Shown here: positions 10,523-17,545 of the stretch, in pieces | Layout of the letters: the number at the start of each line of letters is the position of its first letter | How positions within the stretch are numbered: the first letter of the stretch is position 1 | Source of the DNA: Candidatus Hydrogenedentota bacterium | Lineage (GTDB): Bacteria; Hydrogenedentota; Hydrogenedentia; Hydrogenedentales; SLHB01 | Reading direction: 5' to 3' | NCBI GenBank assembly: GCA_963668025.2 | Contig: CAXXTH010000019.1 | Span: forward strand, 64,001 to 128,000 | DNA length: 64,000 nt | Translations under genes and position numbers: made by a program | Notes under the pieces: generated by a model | Database searches by the model: none | Seen by the model: only the letters and a program-made list of their open reading frames with translations | Told to the model about the DNA's origin: nothing

Positions 10523-10565
10523 AGCCAGTCCTGAGAGCCTATAGTGCTCGCGGGACTGGCCTTTT
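10523..10565 (+). terminator. Probable intrinsic terminator after pilC
   Basis: GCCAGTCC...GGACTGGC stem followed by CTTTT. Confidence 0.55.
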
Positions 10566-10895
10566 CATGTGGCTGCCGCTATTCCGCTTTTTTACTTCGA
10601 TAAGCTCGAGCAAGAGAACGTTTCTATCATCTGCATTTGCTCTATTTAGGTGTATGGCCATTTCGGGAACAGGCATCGCTCTGTGCGTGATCGGTCTCGC
10701 TAGCCTTTCGATAGGGCAATTTATCTCGGGGAGCTTTTTCTCAATATACAAGGGCTTACTTGTCATATCGCCGGGCGATTGTAGGCATTAAGTGCTTTAT
10801 TTGTATAGTGTTATGGCATAAAACACTATAAAAACCGCTCCGGGCGAATCAATAACGGAGGATTGTACCGCCATGAAAGAAGGAAAAAAAACTTC

Positions 10896-10924
10896 TTGAC
10901 ACGTGATCGATCACGGTATATGAT
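10896..10924 (+). promoter_or_regulatory. sigma70 promoter TTGACA-17-TATGAT with LacI-type palindromic operator CGTGATCGATCACG (10902-10915) in the spacer (copy 1)
   Basis: Read directly; A-tract upstream; recurs at 13794 and 14924. Confidence 0.8.
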
Positions 10925-11304
10925 TTGGTTGTTAATCGTATCCAGTGCAGTTTTATTGGTTTTAGCTATGCCGCCGAATTATCTACTAGGGTGAAGGCGC
11001 GCCGGGTCTAAACGAATGGCGCTTGAGCTAAATAGGCAGTCACGGGCAAAACGGGCGGTATCTATTTGACTTTCGTTTTAAAAACACGAACCGGCAGGGA
11101 TACATGCGGATTGTGTGGCTCAATGAGCAGGATCTTTTCTAGAAGTAGGGCATTTTTCGCTGACCGGGTGGGGGTGGGCATCTGCACGGTGTCGGAACCC
11201 AAGGGGAAATAGGCTATTTCTGGGCAGAGCGTCCTTATATAAGGCGTTTGTCATAATAACCAAGTAAAAGTGGGTTTTGGAAACAGAGATGTGGAGGATT
11301 TTCA

Positions 11305-12291
11305 ATGAGAAGCAAGATGGTGAGTTTGGTATTGGCTTGTGTGTTGGCGGCGGGCGCCGCAAGCGCGGGAACGGTGTATCTCAATTTTGATGACGGTGGC
11401 GCGACGCTGCCGGATGGCATTACTACAGGCACTGGCGGATGGGGCGATCCCGCATATGCGGATGGCGCTCTTGTGCTTAGCGGCGGCGGCCCATACATGA
11501 ACTTCCCTTCAACTTGGATTTCTGGGCAGTCCGTGACGATGGAATTCACGATTCCTGATTTGCTGGCGGGTATTCCAGCCGAACGTGGCGGCACGGGTTG
11601 GCAGGAAGGCACCTTTAATGCTGGATGGAAAGCCGGCGGCACGTTGTGCAAAATGGGCGGTGGCATCCTCGGTGGACCTAACGGCTCTTATAATGGGATC
11701 ACTACAACCCATTTAGGTATGGTGGATTGGTCCAATACTTACGCTGGTAATGATTTCGACATTGAAGGCGCTTGCGCGCTGACCACAGGCTTCCGTGTAA
11801 CCATCAAGGTTGTAGTGGATGCTGATGCCGATACATGGACCACATATTATGCATATGGTGACAACGCGACCACCCCAACCCAGCGCGCCACCAACTGGAC
11901 GCTGCTTTATCAATTTACGGCTGTCGATTTGACGGGTGATGACTTGAGTTGGGGCATCCAGTCCTGGGGCGCGTTGCTTCGTGTGGATGATGTGATCATC
12001 GAAGGCGATGCAGTGCCTAATTTCGGAACGGCTCCCGGCTTCGGCCAAGTCACGGTTACGGATCTGTCAGGCATGACGGAAGAAGCCGCTGTCGCCGCCG
12101 CTACTGACGCCGGTTTGACCATCGGCAACATCACTTATGAACACAGCGACACCGTGCCTTCTGGCCAGCTCATTTCGCAGAGCCTTGATGCGGGTTCGAG
12201 CGTTGATTCCGGTTCGACCATTGACCTCGTGATTTCACTCGGCTCCGCGAGCGATGTGCCTGCGCTGTGCGTGCCGTTCTTCCAAGACTAA
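11305..12291 (+). CDS. Secreted protein with Gly/Trp-rich beta-sandwich (lectin/LamG-like) domain and C-terminal PASTA domain
   Basis: GGAGG RBS; signal peptide AAGAASA; PASTA motif VTDLSGMTEEAA...AGLTIG...HSDTVPSGQLISQS...GSTIDLVISLG. Confidence 0.8.
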   Translation: MRSKMVSLVLACVLAAGAASAGTVYLNFDDGGATLPDGITTGTGGWGDPAYADGALVLSGGGPYMNFPSTWISGQSVTMEFTIPDLLAGIPAERGGTGWQEGTFNAGWKAGGTLCKMGGGILGGPNGSYNGITTTHLGMVDWSNTYAGNDFDIEGACALTTGFRVTIKVVVDADADTWTTYYAYGDNATTPTQRATNWTLLYQFTAVDLTGDDLSWGIQSWGALLRVDDVIIEGDAVPNFGTAPGFGQVTVTDLSGMTEEAAVAAATDAGLTIGNITYEHSDTVPSGQLISQSLDAGSSVDSGSTIDLVISLGSASDVPALCVPFFQD

Positions 12292-12366
12292 ATGCAGTAT
12301 GCGTGAAGCGGTGATGGCTGTTTGAAGCCTGCACTGTATAGTAAAAAAACCAAAACATGTTGAGAT

Positions 12367-12426
12367 AAAACCTTCTGGATGAGGCCTCCTGCGATTCTTC
12401 CGCGTGGCCTCTTCAGGAGGTTTTTT
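12367..12426 (+). terminator. Probable intrinsic terminator
   Basis: AAAACCTTCTG...GAGGCC / GGCCTC...CAGGAGGTTTTTT hairpin with T-tract. Confidence 0.55.
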
Positions 12427-12704
12427 CGTGGGGAATGTGCGCAAATGGCGGCGCGGCTCTGTTTTATGGGCAAGTTGAGGCGAAACACTTCGCGGTGAAG
12501 CCCAAGCGTTTGCTCGAAAACAACCGGGACAAGGCAGCAGGCTTTTGGCCATCCGGCCTTTTTCGGGAGGTGTGTTGTTGTTCGCTTTATTTGAAGACGC
12601 AAGTGTTTGATTTGTCTCGTACGAGATTTCCGGTATGGACGGGCATTTACCAGAACCAATCGAGATGAGCCAGCCGTATGGGCGTGCATCTTTATTGGAA
12701 GATA

Positions 12705-13484
12705 TTACAGCCCCGTATTTACAATATGCACATCAATGCCTGCGTCTCGGAATGCATCGAGCATGGGCTGCGGGGCATTTTCATCCGTTACTAGAATGTT
12801 GAATCCATTTACGGGCAGGACGGGGCTGAGCGAACGCACGCCGAATTTACTCGAATCCACGAGCAAAATGCGTGTCTGTGCGCATTTTGCAATGGCCCGC
12901 TTAATGCCCGTCTCGAGGAAATCGATCTCGGCAAGGCCGTCTTCGAGTGTCAATCCCGTTCCGCTTACAAAACATTTATTGGCGCGCATATGGTCGAAGA
13001 AGCCCTCGGCTTGGGGGCCTACGAATGTCATCGTGTTCGCGCGAAGCATGCCTCCGCAACAAAAAACCGTGATACTGCCCAATTGAGCCGAGGCCCGGTT
13101 GACGATGGTGAGGCCATTGGTCAACACCGTGATGCCCGGAGTAGAGAAATGGCGGGACATTTCGGAAACGGTGGTTCCCCCCTCCATGGCGATAATGTCG
13201 CCCTCCTCGATGAATGTCTTCGCCGCATAATGCGCGATGGCGGTCTTTGCGCCATGCTGGAACGTTTCCCTCCGGTCGAATTGCACCGTTGGCGCGATGA
13301 CGTCCTTTTCCCGGATGGCGCCTCCGCGCACCCTCTTTATGCCGCCCTCCTCCTGGAGAAGGTCAAGGTCGCGGCGTACGGTCATTACGGAAGTATTCAG
13401 GCGTTTGCTGCATTCTTCGAGGCGGACACTGCCTTCTTCCATGATCCAATTTAATATCTGCTTTCGGCGATCTTCAGCAAGCAT
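12705..13484 (-). CDS. DeoR/GlpR family transcriptional regulator
   Basis: HTH TSVMTVRRDL, RVRGGA, EGGTTV, VLTNG, LVDSSKFG. Confidence 0.92.
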   Translation of the reverse strand: MLAEDRRKQILNWIMEEGSVRLEECSKRLNTSVMTVRRDLDLLQEEGGIKRVRGGAIREKDVIAPTVQFDRRETFQHGAKTAIAHYAAKTFIEEGDIIAMEGGTTVSEMSRHFSTPGITVLTNGLTIVNRASAQLGSITVFCCGGMLRANTMTFVGPQAEGFFDHMRANKCFVSGTGLTLEDGLAEIDFLETGIKRAIAKCAQTRILLVDSSKFGVRSLSPVLPVNGFNILVTDENAPQPMLDAFRDAGIDVHIVNTGL

Positions 13485-13531
13485 TCACTTTCCTCACATA
13501 TTCAGTTTTTAGAGTTCCCTATCCTCCTTCT

Positions 13532-13595
13532 ATTCTAGCGGGTTTGGATAGATTTGTCAACTAATGTTAGTTGTAGGTATATTCTGTTAGTTGTA
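13532..13595 (-). promoter_or_regulatory. deoR promoter TTGACA-17-TAGAAT (13560-13532) with upstream direct repeats TGTTAGTTGTA x2 (13565, 13585)
   Basis: Read directly; exact 11-bp direct repeats at 20-bp period next to the -35. Confidence 0.6.
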
Positions 13596-13793
13596 AAAAG
13601 GGGTTGCTGAGCTGCATGCGGTATTCAAGTATAGAAGCGAAAGGCACGGCAGGCCCTAGGTTAAAAAGAGAAATGGCCATTTTCGGCTTCATATGCGTAT
13701 CTATATGCGCTGCAATAGGTTAATGAGCGAGAAGATATGTAGCTAGTTTCGAGTAAAAACAATTAACGTAGATGGGATTTCGTGTAAAAAGGC

Positions 13794-13822
13794 TTGACAC
13801 GTGATCGTTCTCGTTGTATAGT
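13794..13822 (+). promoter_or_regulatory. sigma70 promoter TTGACA-17-TATAGT with degenerate operator CGTGATCGTTCTCG (copy 2); no downstream ORF
   Basis: Read directly; 12/14 identity to the palindrome of copies 1 and 3. Confidence 0.7.
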
Positions 13823-13937
13823 GCTCCATAGTAGCTATACATGGCTGCTAGTGTTTATCAATAACAGTGGGCTAAAGCCAGCTAGAGCTAAACTGGCCAT
13901 ATGGAGCGAGCTTTCTCGTGAATGGGAGCGGTATATT

Positions 13938-14118
13938 GCTTTTTTAAACCACGGGGACACGAGGAAACACGGGGAACGCATACCGTGTCCCATGGCATTC
14001 AGTATTATAGCTGTTAATAGAGCTTACTCAGAGTGTTAAGCCCTGTTTCTTGGGCATTTGTTTCCTGAACGCCCTTCGTTCCCCATTTTTCCCCGTGTCC
14101 CCGTGGTTTAAAAAAAGC
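13938..14118. repeat. Long inverted repeat (MITE/REPIN-like) built from ACACGGGG-type 9-mer units
   Basis: GCTTTTTTAAACCACGGGGACACG (13938-13961) pairs with CGTGTCCCCGTGGTTTAAAAAAAGC (14094-14118). Confidence 0.7.
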
Positions 14119-14181
14119 TTCTTGACGTGAGCGTTGCCCATAATCCAATGTAACGACATAACACTGTTTATTCTCGTTTAC

Positions 14182-14292
14182 CTTTGCGTTCTTCGCGGCT
14201 TTGCGTGCGTATAAATCGAGTGTGATTTCTGTTGATAGTACAGCGCGCTAACCTTACTCATCTATTTCACGCAAAGCCGCGAAGCCGCAAAG
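14182..14292. repeat. Inverted repeat of CGCAAAG/CGCGAAG 9-mer units
   Basis: CTTTGCGTTCTTCGCGGCTTTGCGTG vs CACGCAAAGCCGCGAAGCCGCAAAG. Confidence 0.65.
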
Positions 14293-14338
14293 AATGCAAC
14301 CGTTAAAAGCGCGACATACCTGCAATAAAAAACTTCGT

Positions 14339-14566
14339 CACTTTAGCCATCAGGAGCAAAAATAGTGGGCTGATTCCTAAACCGCGAATGGATGCGAATT
14401 CATGGCATACCGCAGCAAACGGGAAAGATGAACAAGATTTTTTATAGCACTTTGGCAACTGAAGCAGGTTTGGCTGGCTTTATAAAGAATCGTTGCGATC
14501 TTGTCCAATCTTGCATCTTGTAAATCATGCCTAAAAAAAAGGCCATTGCTTCAGTCGGCCAAAATA
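14339..14566 (+). repeat. Dispersed composite repeat (ACTTTAGCC-ended MITE-like), copy A
   Basis: 14448-14566 aligns with 58460-58577; 14339-14410 and 14488-14540 align in reverse with parts of 52757-52990. Confidence 0.7.
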
Positions 14567-14923
14567 TTGCCCTATTTTGTTTGTATTTGCCTAGAGTCAA
14601 ATCTTGCCTTTTTGCTGCAGGGCGGATCATCAATTTTACATATTCTAACAATTTCCCGTGAATGGCCCATATTGTGTTACCTGAGGAAATGTCTTGATAA
14701 ATCAAAGCCCTCATTTTTCCGATATTTTTAAGTGTGCAAAATAGAGCATTCAAAAAATCAGACGTATTTGTCAATTGTGAGGATTTTGGAAGCGCATGAG
14801 GCGTTGGTATGTATACCATTGTTTTATAATATGTTACAGCTTTGTCCGCACCAAAATGCTGGGCGGAAAGCGGAGGACTTCGCAAAAAAAACAGAGCCTA
14901 TCATTTGCGTGCAAAAAAAGATC

Positions 14924-14972
14924 TTGACACGTGATCGATCACGTTATATACTGACATTTGTTAGCGCTAATT
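14924..14972 (+). promoter_or_regulatory. sigma70 promoter TTGACA-17-TATACT with perfect 16-bp palindrome ACGTGATCGATCACGT (copy 3), plus a second LacI-type site TGTTAGCGCTAATT at about +1
   Basis: Read directly, upstream of the prepilin gene. Confidence 0.8.
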
Positions 14973-15049
14973 GTTACCTTTCTTTGCGTCGGGGAATTGG
15001 GTAGAGCGGAATTTTGGGAATTCGATGGCCTTTGATGAGGAGGGAATAG

Positions 15050-16141
15050 ATGATGAAGCAGTTTAGGCGGGGATTCACATTGATAGAATTGCTGGTGGTG
15101 ATTGCCATTATCGCGATTTTGGCGGCGATCTTGTTGCCAGCTCTGGCGCGCGCCCGGGAAGCCGCGCGCCGCGCATCGTGCGCCAGCAACCTCAAGCAAT
15201 TTGGCATTATCTTCAAGATGTATGCCAATGAAACCAAGGGGGCCGCTTGGCCCGCGAAGCAGCGGTTTTCGATCAACGGACTCACGACGGCGATGGGATT
15301 TGACTCGTTTGCGTTGTACCCCGATTACTGGTCGGACGTGAACATCGCTGTTTGCCCATCCGATTCGAGAACGCCTTTCGAGTACACCTCCGCGAAGGTG
15401 ACCATTGGGGTGGATGAAGACTATGCCGGGCAGGTAGCCGAAGTGGCCGCTCTGGGGGATTCCTCCAGGCCTTGCCTCGGGGCATTGCTCAGCATGCCCG
15501 TATCGTATTGCTACACGCCCTATGCCCTAGAAACCGCGTCGCAAATTGTCGCCACGACGCATATTTTCTTGTCTTGGACCTGGTTCAAACCGCTAGACAC
15601 CTATGGAAATGTGGAATCCCCCGGTTTTTGGAATGCCAAAACGACGGAAGCCATGGGGTGCCCCGCGGACTGGATCATTGTCGCTTGGGACAACCAAGGG
15701 CGCGATGACCTGGGTTCGGATATGACGGTGCCAGAAGCCAAGGGCGGCCATGGCATGCCCGCCGTGTATGTGGATGACGATGGAAGCCCGCTCCCTTCGC
15801 AGTATCACCGGTTGCGCGAAGGAGTCGAACGTTTCTTTATTACGGACATCAACAATCCCGCGTCGTCCAGCGCGGGGCAGAGTTCTCTGTTTGTCATGTG
15901 GGATGCCTTCTGTGGCGGCGGCACGGGCTACGACGGCACCGGAAATTTCTTCCAAGGCGCGGGCGATGTGCCTATTGGACGGTTTAATCATGTGCCAGGC
16001 GGTTCCAACGTGCTGTATATGGACGGCCACGTGGAGTATGTCCGGTTCAATTCCAAAGTGCCTATCTTCACGAATGGATACAAACCCTCCGGCGCTTGCC
16101 GCGATGCGAACTTGTATCCCTTTATGGGCGGGTGGGGCTGA
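15050..16141 (+). CDS. Prepilin-type N-terminal cleavage/methylation protein with DUF1559 region and H-X9-DG motif
   Basis: [45 protein letters not shown]; CPSD; C-terminal [16 protein letters not shown]. Confidence 0.92.
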   Translation: MMKQFRRGFTLIELLVVIAIIAILAAILLPALARAREAARRASCASNLKQFGIIFKMYANETKGAAWPAKQRFSINGLTTAMGFDSFALYPDYWSDVNIAVCPSDSRTPFEYTSAKVTIGVDEDYAGQVAEVAALGDSSRPCLGALLSMPVSYCYTPYALETASQIVATTHIFLSWTWFKPLDTYGNVESPGFWNAKTTEAMGCPADWIIVAWDNQGRDDLGSDMTVPEAKGGHGMPAVYVDDDGSPLPSQYHRLREGVERFFITDINNPASSSAGQSSLFVMWDAFCGGGTGYDGTGNFFQGAGDVPIGRFNHVPGGSNVLYMDGHVEYVRFNSKVPIFTNGYKPSGACRDANLYPFMGGWG

Positions 16142-16420
16142 GGGGATACATTGTTGATGGCTCAAAAAGCTTCTTACGGAAAGGAGGTGTTGCCTGGATG
16201 AATCCAAGAGGATTGACGGCATGATGAACAGGGGAGAGAGACGGAAAGCGAATTCTATTGTGTAGAACGCAGTGAATTGCTCATGGTGGGGAAATTCCAC
16301 AACGCCTGCAAATAGCTTGTGTTCAAGATATTTGTGTAAAAGACGGAACATTGAAGTGGAGCTGATCTCATTTACATGGTTTTGAAAAATGGCATCTAAC
16401 CCAAGTCGGAGGATAAGAGC

Positions 16421-17408
16421 ATGAAGATGAAAAGCTTAACACTGTTATTGTCATGTTTGTTGCTGGCCGGCGCCGCAAGTGCGGGGACAGCATATATGAA
16501 TTTTGACGATGGCGGCGTGACACTGCCTGATGGCGTCACCACGGGATATGAAGGCTGGGGCAATGTGACCTGGACCGATGGCCATCTATTGCTCGATGGC
16601 GGCGGCCCGTATATTTTCTTTCCAAATGCCTGGATCTCGGGACAATCGCTTACGATGGAGTTCACCATACCCGACTTAATGGTCCTCATTCCTGCCGAAC
16701 GCGGCGGCACGGGGTGGCAAGGAACTACCTTTAACGCAGGTTGGAAATTCGTGCAGGACACGTTCTGCCTGATGGGTGGCGGCATCCTCGGCGGAGCAGA
16801 TGGCACGTATAATGGGATTACGACCACCCATCTGGGCATGGTGGACTGTGGCAACGCATATGCGGGCAGCGATTTTGATATTGAATCCGCATGCGCACAG
16901 GCCAGCGGATTCCGTGTCACCATCAAAATCGTCGTTGACGCCACCGCCCAGACGTGGAGCGCCTATTATGCGTATGGGGACGACGCCACCACGCCCCACT
17001 AAGCGCGCCTCGAATTGGACGCTCCTGTATACCTTCTCGAGTGCCGTTTTGGATCATCCCGTACAATGGGGCATTCAAGCCGCAGGCTGCCATCTGCGGG
17101 TCGATGATGTGATCATTGAAGGCGATGCGGTGCCTGATTTTGGCACGGCTCCCGGCTTCGGCCAAGTCACGGTTACGGATCTGTCTGGCATGACGGAAGC
17201 AGCCGCTGTCGCCGCCGCCACTGACGCCGGTTTGGCCGTCGGCAGCATTACCTATGAACACAGCGACACCGTGCCTTCCGGCCAACTCATTTCGCAGAGC
17301 CTTGAGGCGGGTTCGAGTGTCGATTCTGGTTCGACCATTGGCCTCGTGATCTCGCTTGGCTCCGCGAGCAACGTTCCCGCGCTGAGTGTGCCCTTCTTTC
17401 GCGGGTAA
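16421..17408 (+). pseudogene. Paralog of the 11305 secreted PASTA protein, split by one extra base in the CCCC run at 16994-16997
   Basis: ORF 16421-17002 matches the N-terminal part. Another frame continues TKRASNWTLLY...PASTA...VPALSVPFFRG to 17408, collinear with TQRATNWTLLY of the paralog. Confidence 0.8.
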
Positions 17409-17450
17409 GGAGTAATTCTTTTCGTGTAAAAAGCTGAAAAGTCCGTTACC

Positions 17451-17505
17451 ATCTTGGAAGAGACGGTGTGTAACCCGCTTCACCGCCTCTTCCAGATGCT
17501 TTTTT
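17451..17505 (+). terminator. Probable intrinsic terminator
   Basis: ATCTTGGAAGAGACGGTG...CACCGCCTCTTCCAGAT stem then TTTTTT. Confidence 0.55.
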
Positions 17506-17545
17506 GAATATAAAGCCAACTTGAACCTAAAGAGGATGAAGCCTC

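Noticed and set aside
10995-11060. c-di-GMP-I riboswitch-like words (CCGGGTCTAAA, GGGCAAAA) in the long leader
   Set aside because: The words are in the wrong order and the GAAA-tetraloop P2 stem is absent; not supportable without Infernal.
13900-14600. CRISPR array
   Set aside because: The repeats are inverted and 9-bp periodic, not regularly spaced direct repeats with unique spacers; no cas genes.
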